From: Tubulanus polymorphus
Lineage: Eukaryota > Animalia > Nemertea
Length of the DNA: 64,000 nt
Assembly: GCF_964204645.1 (NCBI RefSeq)
Contig: NC_134031.1
Coordinates: 3,906,001 to 3,970,000 of the forward strand
Reading direction: 5' to 3'
Positions 53,401-64,000 of this stretch are shown here, in pieces (position 1 is the stretch's first letter; each line of letters opens with the position of its first letter). Both the position numbers and the translations under genes were made by a program. The notes beneath the pieces are model-generated. The model searched no databases and was not told where the DNA came from. It saw nothing but the letters and a program-made list of their open reading frames with translations.

Positions 53401-53743
53401 CCGGGTCAGAAATAATGTTTTCTAAATACTATTTATTTGAGTCGGTATTCGAGTTGGTCAAATCCGTCTGGAGCAGTTGGCCTACCAGCACTTTACGAGG
53501 ACCGTTATAGGGGATCATCATAATAAATCATATTACCCGTACTTTTTTTTAGGTTATAAATATATGTTTGAAGAGAAGCTAGTTACGGTATGGTCGGCTC
53601 CAAACTACTGTTATCGATGCGGCAATATAGCGGCAGTGTTAGCATTTAACGATGTCGATCATCGCGAAGCAAAACTTTTCAACGCTGTTCCGGATTCCGA
53701 TCGCGTCATACCGCCAAGAACGACCACTCCATACTTTTTGTAA
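50442..53743 (+). CDS. PPP6C: Serine/threonine-protein phosphatase 6 catalytic subunit; exons 50442-50510, 50943-51038, 51269-51334, 51425-51492, 51627-51700, 51907-51986, 52132-52249, 52587-52678, 52790-52847, 53553-53743
   Basis: [46 protein letters not shown]-terminal TTPYFL. Confidence 0.97.
51807..51844. repeat. Perfect 18 bp-stem hairpin in a PPP6C intron
   Basis: tcaagttccaatcctttt-ac-aaaaggattggaacttga. Confidence 0.8.
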
Positions 53744-54404
53744 TATTGTTAATTGATTATCATTAAAGATTTACTTTTAGAAAGCGATGAAAAAATTATT
53801 GCAGTTTCCTGTGCTTGCTGGTTAATTGTGTATCCCGACTATATTCTTCAGCAGATGGATCAGTAGGTTCTTGGCAACAATCATCAACCAGCAAAGGTCA
53901 TCATGCCCAACGTTCTCGGGACCGTACCAGAAATTTTGGAAAAGTGTCCTTTTTGCAAATATTTTTCATATCGGATAGAAATTTAATATAGAATCCTTCA
54001 CTTGGGACCGTGACAAGCATTTTGTTTTAGGCCTAACATAAGTTTTTGTTAGGGCATATCAGAAGAATTCGTTTATCAGATTGACTTACGGTAACTGCAC
54101 TTTTTCAGGTTTCCCCAGAATTCAATTGCTAGGTACGACCCGCTTTCTATAATAAATTCAATCCATTTGAAACGAGTGTAAGACAAAGCAAAACGGGAAA
54201 ATGGAGACGGACATTTCCTCAAGTGTTATCGTTATTCAAATAAATGGAAATGCTGACACAAGTATGATATGTATATATTTATACACAAGAAAATATACGA
54301 AAAAAGTTTTATAAACAAAGATCATTAAACCGAGTTATTCAAAGAATAATATTCAAATACGGCAGTCGCTACACTGTCTTTTTGTAGTTCAACCGAGGGC
54401 AGGG

Positions 54405-57400
54405 TTACGCGTGAAATCCCTGGAGAGCGACTGTTACGTCTCCGACAGCTGTATCTGTAATTGGTCGTGATTCAACCGACCACAACAAAGGGCTGAAATA
54501 AACTAAAAATAATATCGATGATTAATTGAAAACAACTAAAACAAAGGAAAACGATAATAATCCGAAACTCGCCGTCATACCACTAGTTACCAAAATGGAA
54601 TAGTTTAAAAGCGAAATCCTGAATATTAAGTCACGCCGCATTGCGGATACGGATATTTACGAGATTATATAGTTTTGGTAGTCTAGTACCGTCGTTCCAA
54701 AATCAATAGGGAACCGTAACAACGACTCGTATTCAGAGTAATAGTTTTGGTTGCTCAATGCGGGCAGGAAGTGGCATGAAGGAAAGAGTTGACTATATCC
54801 TCCCCCCCCCCCCCCTAGTGACTATACATTACGTGTATCTAGCGCGGTCAGTTTTGTGGTAAGTTGCGTACAGATGTGTGAACACGGCGTCATCGGTGTA
54901 AGAACGACTTCTCTAGCGCCACTTCCTAATGTGTACCAAGACCCCGAAACGTCTTCTCTGTTCAGCTGGAAAGAAACATATTCGAGATACGAATATATAC
55001 GATGTATTTCCAGGGGAGGCCACTTACCTGGAAATCGGGGAAAAGTCGGGGAATTTTCTTTTCTTTAAAAATGGGGAGTACAGGGATTTCCGTAAAGAGA
55101 AGCTTGAAATCAGGGATATGTGTTGACTACTAGATTGCGCGTAAAATCAAAAAGTCTTCGTCGAAGTCTTAAGTATTTGACTTTGTTAATTTAGTGGATC
55201 CTTAGCAGATCTAGATAACGTGAATGAGGGGATAGGAGAAAGGCAAGTGGCCACTATGCATGAATAAACATATTACATACATGCATATTATACATCGAAA
55301 GTCTGGACGCCATTGGAGCCAATATAAACAAGACGTTATAACGAATACTATATCAGAAAGCACTGAATTCCCATTGATTTAGAGTTTAAGACTGGCATTC
55401 GATCGTGGTTAGCGCCAAGTCGTGAGCACTTACATTAAAAGGATGACGTTGTAACGGGCATGGGCTGCGTAATTGACAAAAAAAACTTACTAAGGTGTAA
55501 GGCTTTGATTCGATGCTGTCTACAAAGATTTTTTTCTCTGGTAAAATCTCGATATCTGGATTGATGAGACGGGACTTCGGAAACATCCGTCTGAAAACAT
55601 GGCTCGCTGACACGCCTATCGACTCCCTGTGAAATCGACACATTCTAGTTTATTGAATTTCCATCTCATTGAAAAATATGAAAATGCCAACCAATTACGT
55701 ACCAGCTAGCATGGAAATGTTCATTTGCTATGATTTCGTTCTCCGTTAAAGAGAACAGTAACTGCAACGACTGAATGGTTCGGTTCGTCGAATAAACTGG
55801 TGCGTGCACGGCTTGTAAAAGGTGTTCTGGATGTTTACGATAAACTAATTGAAGTGCTGAGAATGACACCGACTGTTCCTGCGACTATACAATGCAAATA
55901 TATATTTAAAAAAACGTGTTTCAACTTAAAAATGGTATAGATGCACTGAAAAGTTAAGGGCACAACCACAGATGGCCAATCATAATCGAGTCCGCGGCCC
56001 GTTGGTGTATTGACCAGGCACAAAATCAACCAGGTGTGTGGAAAACTTCTACTATGTAGTTCGAAGACCATGGACTCTAAAACATTTCTCGATCATCATT
56101 GTACAGGCTTTGGTTTGGACAGAGATTTTGGGTGCGTAGACATTTTTTTGTAGGCAAACGCAACTAACCTTGCGTAAAACGAGAGGGAATCCACTGCCCT
56201 CTATAAGCGTGAAACGGTCCCAACGTTTCTTATCTTTAGCGCGACCGTCTGCTTCAAATATCTGATGGAATCGGGTGCATTGGTCGCATAATTCTAACAG
56301 GTTCGTGTCAACCGATGGAACGTACAATGGATTGGATATCAAACAGCTTCTCTCCAATAAATCTAGCATACAATAGAAAAAAATGAAAATAAAAACAGAT
56401 AATCGCAAAAATAAAAAGCATCTTTGTTTACAACAATTATACACATTAAACGGGGTACGGGAACATGCAGTTCTAAACTGTTTTTACAGAAGTAACTGTG
56501 GGTTTTATTCGTTAACTCTACACTGAGATTTACATCAGTTCACAGCAGTCATGCAGTTTTATCATAGATCTATCATTAAACTAGCTTTTGTAAAGACCTG
56601 CTTAAAACACATACCCGAAAGTGGTAAGAGTCCATGCAAAGGGAAAGTATGTCTTCGCAGGAATTTCGATGCCGAAATTGCAAGAGGTTGTATATGCTTC
56701 CTTGCGAATCTATCTACGTATGGATTTCCCGTACTTATCAAAGCGAATACAATCGAAACGACTAAAAGTCCAGCTCCAAGTAATAACATACATAACTAGA
56801 AAAACAGTTTTGGATAAAAAATAGATATTAAGCATTAAAAAAGATACATTTGATATATCATTTTAAATGCTTTTCTACAATGAAGGGAATCCTTGCACAA
56901 CCCACAACTGCCACAGAATTCAACTACTTTCGGTTTTTGGATATTTTCTAAATATTTTTTTTTCTTATTTATTCTAAAATTGGGGCCCTTGCACTGAAAA
57001 TTCTTTTAGCCGTGTTTGAAAATGTGGCTGAAGGTTAAACGGCTTTAAAAATGAAAGTAATTTCAAAACTGTGGGGTGTTGTCCGATGTTGTCTCCATAC
57101 ACCGTAAGGTGCTGCCGCTATACTCATCGTTAGCGGATTTTCCGTACACTAATATGAATCGACTCTGGCAATTAAACGTGGGATTCGCTACACCATTGCC
57201 AGAGGTGGTTTGGTGTAAGTGTATGAAAAATCCGCTAACGATGAACAAAGCGGCAGCACCTTATAGTGTTGCCGCAAGTACTAACAAGGCAGAACCTCCA
57301 TCGGCAGCTGCTCCTCGGACTGATATTGTTAGTTAGTACTTCGAAAAAACCCGTGCCATTGACGTATCGTATCCTATATCGATCTCTTAATAAAATGAGA

Positions 57401-57619
57401 TCTTAAAATAAATTGCTGTAAAATTTTACTAACTTTAATCAACCGGTTGATCTTCCTTGAAAGTCGTCTATAGTTCATTCCCCGAATAAGATCCGCATAC
57501 GATCGTCTCGTGGTCAGTATTTGTAAACTATCCTCTACTGCTTGTCTTTGCAATATCGGTTCATATTTTTTCGTTAGTTCATCTAGGCTAGCGTAAAGCC
57601 TAGCTTCGTTAGGCGTCAT
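54405..57619 (-). CDS. C6orf89: C6orf89 / bombesin receptor-activated protein homolog (type II membrane protein); exons 57501-57619, 57286-57373, 56615-56795, 56169-56362, 55703-55884, 55491-55626, 54833-54965, 54405-54502
   Basis: Eight phase-consistent exons give MTPNEARLYASLDE..., a TM, CLISNPLY...CDQC, PLVLRK, HVFRRMFP, WYTLGSGAREVVLTPMTPCSHIC, LYFSPLLW. These parallel recalled human motifs ANEISIYDKLSE, PLVIK, LRELFP, IIGSGEAMLQLIPPFQCRRHC. Confidence 0.75.
57105..57263. mobile_element. Hairpin MITE in a C6orf89 intron
   Basis: taaggtgctgccgct..catcgttagcggatttt / aaaatccgctaacgatg..agcggcagcacctta. Confidence 0.85.
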
Positions 57620-58139
57620 TCTCGTAACTAATAGTATAGAATACTACAGTATGTATACTAGTGCCGGTGCTATTTAAGCGGGTGCTGGTTTTCCCATTAC
57701 ACTAGATAATAGTATTTAACCTGACCTACAAGTGTGTAAACACGAAGTTCCCTGAATGATATATCCGTAATTTTATAGTGACTAGATTATTCATCATCAT
57801 GGGTATTGAAAAATAGCGTTGGCCTCGCGATGTACATTCCACAGTTATAATCAGTTCATTTCCAATTATATGGATATTGGGGCGTACTAAAACAACCTGC
57901 AACTCAGTAACCTGTTTGTGGTTTAGTTTCGGATATTTTCACAAACCACATTGGCACATGTATAAGCCAATCCGATTAACCAAAGGTTAGGTAACTAACT
58001 AGGGTAATCCCAAACGGGATCAACTGGACATCGAACTGTATGGAGAGCCATTGATCAGGATGGATGAGGTGACGGTCAACAAAAATTGAAATATCTAACA
58101 TCCTGACTAAATGCAACGATACCTATTGAATTACAAATG

Positions 58140-58270
58140 TATGATCATTTATTATATAAATGCCTTGTAAATGATTCAAATTGAATTACGATCATTTATT
58201 ACATAAATGCCTTGTAAACGAATCAAATTAATTTATGATCATTTATTAAATAAATGCCATATTGTAAATG
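58140..58270 (-). repeat. 47 bp tandem repeat (~2.7 copies) in the GART 3' UTR; each unit carries AATAAA on the minus strand
   Basis: gatcatttatta..taaatgcc units; tttatt at 58148, 58195 and 58242. Confidence 0.8.
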
Positions 58271-58305
58271 TATTATAAATTTCGTTTTAAACTGAAAATA
58301 AGTTA

Positions 58306-61300
58306 CTAACACCAAATAACTCTATTATTCTTCGAATCAAATTTAACTTTGCCAGATGCCAATAATTCCAATGCTTTCGGATACGCAATATGCTCTTTAG
58401 TTTTCACACGCTCTTGAAGCGAGTGGATATCATCATCCGGTTCGACTGGAGCCGCTTCTTGGACAATGATAGCGCCAGCATCGACCTCGTCCTGAAAATA
58501 ACCCCAAATTAGGCTTTTCTTTTACAAAATATCGTGCTCATAGGTTAACGGTAAACGTCAAACAATCAAATAGATACAGTGAGGTCGAATATGGTGGTAC
58601 TGTATCAATACTTACAGTTACAAAATGAACGGTGCAACCAGTAATTCGCACTCCAGCTTCGAGTACCATTTTATGAGCGTTGTGTCCTTTGAATGATGGC
58701 AATAATGACGGGTGGACATTTATCAAACTTCCCGTCCATTTCCTTGTAAATTCACCTAAATAAAACACAGCGCGAAAAATACATTAGACTCCATCCACTT
58801 CGATACGAAGCAACTCGGCAAACTTTCCCGAGTATTTCCTTACCGCTTAGAATACGCATAAATCCAGCCAAGCAAATCAATTGCACGCCAGATTTTCTTA
58901 AAGCGGCATCGACGGACAAATCAAAGTCCAAACGACTCTTGAAATCTTTATGGGAAATGACCTAGAACAACAAACGAGAACCATATTGACGGTTTAACTA
59001 AAGAATAACCTCACTGTTAGGACCAAGAAAATGATTTACGCATTGTAACAAATTTGGTGTTGTTAAGAACGTTATTATCTTCACTCGTTTTTTATAAATC
59101 TAAGTTCGGTATGGGTATTTGTTCCTTGGAAAATTATGGCATTGAGCATGGCATTGAATGGAAGGCGTTACAAGGGACTTTGATAGTTGGGAAACATTTT
59201 CGAGCCAAGTAAAGAAGAACATTTGAACATACATTTTCAAAATGTAACTACGTACTTTAGTGGGAATAGAAGCATCCTGGGCTCTTTTTAATCCTTTTGC
59301 ATCAGCTCGGTTAGAAATAACGAGAACAATTTCCGCCACACTGTCGAGTTGAGGATTTTTCGTATGATCTATCAGAGCCTGCAAATTCGTACCTGAAAAT
59401 CACCATTTGAAAGTACTGGCGCGTTAATCAAACAGAAGTAGTCACGGCAGAATGTAACAATAACAAAGTATAAACAATAATTTTAAAGGGTGCTGTTGTG
59501 GGCATTCCATAATGTTTCTACATTCTGAAATGTTGTGGCATGGTTTCATTAACTTTTTCAGATTAATTTAAATCTCAAATGAATGCATGTTGTTTTGGAT
59601 CATAACAGCTGAAGAGCAGACATAAACTTAACTCCAATTCTAGGTATGAATTCTTGTTTAGGTACTCACCTGACCCAGATATCAGAACTCCAACTTTAAC
59701 CTTATTCCTTGGAGTCGGATTTTGACTTGGCATACATGAATTGCTGGACACTGGACAATGTCGTCCCATTTCTTTTTCCAGGTTAGCTATACACACTTGT
59801 TCCCCATCTAAAAATTAGAATATGCAAGTAGTACTTGACAATCAAGAAAGAAATGTGCATTATAATAACTGGCATTAAGAACTGCCAAATTAATAGACAA
59901 AACATTTAATTTAGTAGTTTAATTTTAGTCTAATTAGTAGTCTAATTTTTGAAACTTTTAGGAAAATAACTTGTGCACTCACCAGCTGGATTTTCAAAGA
60001 CCTTTCCAATGACCCACGCTTTTTCACCGGACTCCTTTACTTGGGATACAACTTGATTTGCCTCGTGTTTGGGACATATCAGGACGGCGCCGATACCACA
60101 ATTAAATGTTCTGGCCATTTCACCGGGACTAATGTTACCCTAAAACACACACATCAAACAAATAAACTAGACGATGAACTAGTAATTTTCAGATGCAAAT
60201 TCAGACACCGCATTCAACCGAGGAATACTTTAGACCATTCAATTTCTTCATTGGTAGTACCAAACAATCGAAAACAACAAGAACTAAATGGATCCTGCAG
60301 ATTAGGCTCACTACAAACATAGCAACTTATCATTTCCAACTGATGAAACACTGATACCTAGTACCCTCCAAGAGGGTACTAGGTATTGTCTAGAAATCCA
60401 TGCAGAAAACTCGAAGATTTCACTCTTATTCAATAAAAATTTGTTTTGCAACAATGATGAAACTAAAAGCGCAGCAACTTAAATTGATTTTCAGTATGCA
60501 CTTTGGCCATACAACCATACGGCTAACTGTAGATACTTAGAATGGCCTGGAAATGCTTCTTTTTAAGTTTTCTCTCTGAAAGAATGAAGATTTACCTTTT
60601 TCATTAACCAGCCAAACAAAGGTGGTATTTGCCACGATGCGGCATCAATGCGAACACCAAAACATTTTGGAAGCACCCGAGGAATATTCTCAAATAATCC
60701 TCCACCCGTGATGTGTGCGTAGGCTTTCACCAGGCCAGATCGTAAAACTGGCAACAATGACTTCGAATAAATTTTCGTCGGAATTAAAAGCACATCACCT
60801 AAAAATGATATGACGAAATTGCATTAACAAATTGATAACTGTGCTTCCATATATGTCCTAGATTCAAATTTGGCTGGCATCGGCGGCTAGTGATAGCAAT
60901 TCAATAAAATAACTGCAACTAAAATGACAAATCATTATTAGGCTCATAAGCTCTGAAAACAGATCAGTGGAATCAGACATATGCCAATGTAAGGATTTGG
61001 CCATTCCCAACCAACGCTTTATGGGACAAAAACCTCTGGTATGATAGAGGAAATGGAATAAACACAAAACACAAGACAAGAAACAGATTTTCAGAGAAAC
61101 TAGAGAGAATACAGCAAAACCTAAAAACAAAGCTTGTTACCTATTGTTTTTCCCTCGGTGAACGGATATTCCATGTCGTAGTCGATACCTTGAAGACTCA
61201 TGATTTTCCTCACTAAACTGAAACCGTTACTGTGAAGACCGCTGGATGCAACACCTATGATAACATCGTCTGGGGTGATGTCACCTATACGTGGCAATGT

Positions 61301-62277
61301 ATGGTGTCTCTCCACAGCACCGACTGTAAATCCAGCCAAATCATAATCACCACTTTCATACATGCCAGGCATCTCGGCAGTTTCTCCACCTAAAATTCGC
61401 CGCGCGAAGGTAAATGGAGAAATTTCTTGGTCTAAAATCTTACAATCAATTAATTTATTTTTCATGAATCACAGAACCACATATCAACAAACGTTTCCAA
61501 TAGCATATCTAATTACCCTTTTTTACAGGTTTTTTCTTTTTACGAAAATTTCCCAGATTTTTCTGATTCTGTGAGCTTTCCAGGTCATTGGCCACTGAAC
61601 TACTAACTCGATCAACATGAAAAACTCACCTATAAGAGCGCAACCGGCAAGTTTACATCCTTCCGTAATTCCAGAAATGACACTTTTAGCCAATTCAACG
61701 TCAAGTTTACCACACGCAAAATAATCCAAGAAAAATAACGGTTCGGCACCATGAGCGAGGACATCGTTTACGCACATAGCGACTAAATCAATACCAACGG
61801 TATCGTGTTTATTGCATATCTTTGCAATCTAGAAAGAAGAAAGAAGGCACAAACATATCGTCCTGTGAGTTTTTTACAGGGGGTTTCATCAATTCTTAGA
61901 TTCCTAACAACTGTTCAGTATTCTAAATGATTCATGCATGTACAGTTAATCTGCCGAAAAATGAAGAAACAAGCATTTCTGACATCAGGGTACAATGACC
62001 ATAACCTCCATCCCTTAACAGACAAGGCTTTAAAGCAACTTAATATAACGTAGAGTGGAGCAATACCTTTAGTTTTGTACCAACTCCGTCAGTACCAGAT
62101 ACAAGTAAAGGTTCACGGTAACCGGCTGCTTTCAAATCAAACATCCCTCCGAACATACCGAGCTCAACCTGACAGCCTGATCTGGACGTCGAAGCTGCCA
62201 TAGGCGCGATTGCCCGCACGAGATTATCCCCCGCCATTATGTCAACGCCTGCATCTTTATAGCTCAATTGGGAAAAC
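58306..62277 (-). CDS. GART: Trifunctional purine biosynthetic protein adenosine-3, AIRS (PurM) and GART (PurN) domains, 10 exons; GARS exons lie beyond the right edge
   Basis: [89 protein letters not shown]; stop TAG at 58306. Confidence 0.97.
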
Positions 62278-63156
62278 CTAAAAATATATCGTATGTTGGC
62301 AATGTGTAAAACTAATATCAATTCAATCGTCAAAATTCTTCAACATAATCAGACATTTTTACCGCCATTACCATTCCAATGTGCATGTAGGTACTAGGTC
62401 TAATGAATTTCATTTGATACATTTTTCATATTTTGTTTTAATGAAATAGGCCCCGAGGATACAAAAACGGAAAAAGCATGAGACTGGCAATGTGTCATCA
62501 ATTTGCGCGAAATAATCAAACTCAGTTGAATAGTCATCATTGTACAAGTCATCACTATTTTCTAGTCCAAATTCCTAAGTCTAAATTATAAGTCAGTGAA
62601 TTTAGTCATAACTTCGAAAATGTCAGAATAGATTATGAAATCATTAACCGTGGGTTTTGTTTGCTTATCAGCCCTGAATACTGACATTAATTTCAAATTT
62701 CAAAGTGTAAGCCGTCATTTGGCATATCAACGGTCCCAGCTACGATGACTAACCATGAACACTATAAGTTCCGATACTTGCTAAACCAGGCAATATACGG
62801 TAAAAAGAAATTCAAGGATTCATTGCACTGAACTTTATTCAATACTAAAAAAATTCAAACATGCTTTATTGTCACATGCTATTGCGTTTATACATTGCTA
62901 TACTCAGATATAAAAGTTTATACAAAACAGGGCTGCCAACCTCTGAAAAGGGCTATCAGTAACAAATTGGATTTTTCTCAATAACATTTCTTTAGAATAT
63001 GAAAGAAAATGTTCAAATTGATCAGTGATAAACAGTAAGACTCTCAGTAACGTTTTTCATATTTCTGTAGCATCAAACAAAACAAATCAGTATTTCTCAT
63101 TATAGAATAGTAACAAATACTGAAAATCAGTTGGCATCTATGCAGACATTCAGTCC

Positions 63157-63589
63157 TCAATCTAACATTTGCCGCCGGAAACCTGTATAAAAATCTTTAT
63201 CCTCATTTTGAGAGGGAAAATGAGCCCGGATACGCGAAACAACGCAAGATGGTAAATTCATTCGATTTTTCCTGCCGCAGTAGTGCCCCAACCAACAAGT
63301 AAATTGTCTATACGCCATATCCCTGAATTTCTCGTCGATAGGTCCTTTAAATGCTTTTTTGCCATATTGCTGTTTGAAGTCAAACCAGACGACCTGCAAC
63401 ACCCACTCATTCATGCAAACAGAAGCAAATGCTTTGGTGTCGGCGATACATTTCGGAATGGCCTCACCATGCTCCTGGAATTGCTCTATTCGGTCGATTT
63501 CTGCCATTTTTTCTACAACAGCTTCATTTTCTTGGCAACAGCGACATTCTGGCTTCGTCGGAAATACCTTACAATTATTACAAGAGCAG
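63157..63589 (-). CDS. Terminal exon encoding a P2X7 intracellular ballast-like (Zn-binding, nanor-like) domain, inside a GART intron on the same strand
   Basis: Acceptor ttctgttttacag before 63589; CSCNNC...ECRCCQE, CIA..KAFASVCMN, FRDMAYRQFTCW..G...R.NLPSCVVSRIRAHFP...YTGF; AATAAA at 62865 and 62834. Confidence 0.8.
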
Positions 63590-64000
63590 CTGTAAAACAG
63601 AAAATAATCATTGTCATTTAGTTTTGAGAGATTAATATGTCATTAAAATCAATTGTTTGCCATAACTGGGACCTCTGCTGCGATTTTGGCCGATAATCGA
63701 TATTTCAATTCTGCTTAAATTACATCATAAAATGATTATTAAACGCATGAGAAATCATTTGTACATTACGGCAATTTAACTAGGAATCGTTCATTTATTG
63801 GTTAAGCACGAAATTTGAATTTTCCATGTCCCTTTTGTACGCAAAATCGGAAATCTTTTACTTAAAGCATTATGATACGCAAAAGCACTTACTTCATCCC
63901 TCTCCCCTAATGCCTATTTAATAAATGAAAGATGCCCTAGAACATCATGCGTGGTACGAATGAAAATAAACAAATATTGAACCCACCACTCATGTAAGCT

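Noticed and set aside
56562-57336. Apparent baculovirus PIF-5/ODV-E56-like fragments (GSTLRCME followed by a hydrophobic helix), suggesting an endogenous virus
   Set aside because: 57105-57263 is a hairpin MITE, and the flanking pieces splice cleanly into a C6orf89 homolog

Overview
Compact, intron-rich animal (invertebrate) genomic DNA. It is probably a lophotrochozoan, judged only from gene content and repeat types. It is not prokaryotic, so the ORF track mostly shows single exons; gene models were rebuilt by hand from GT-AG sites and codon phase. Left to right: N-terminal exons of an unidentified minus-strand gene that runs off the left edge; CCDC180/CFAP76 (minus, ~7.2-29.4 kb), with an alpha-arrestin gene nested antisense in its ~8.7 kb intron; two tandem intronless FMRFamide-receptor-like GPCRs separated by a near-perfect 776 bp tandem duplication; PSMD5 (+); an SFT2D3-like gene (-); a signal peptide-CCP-CCP-MAM-mucin-TM receptor with class C scavenger receptor architecture (-); PPP6C (+); a C6orf89/BRAP homolog (-); and the AIRS+GART part of trifunctional GART (-). 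The GARS/AIRS intron of GART holds a same-strand, same-phase exon encoding a P2X7-ballast-like Cys-rich domain followed by poly(A) signals. Introns are full of MITEs and foldbacks, plus a SINE, a Penelope-type minimal hammerhead ribozyme core and a head-to-head tRNA-like palindrome. All protein identities come from recalled motifs, not database searches.
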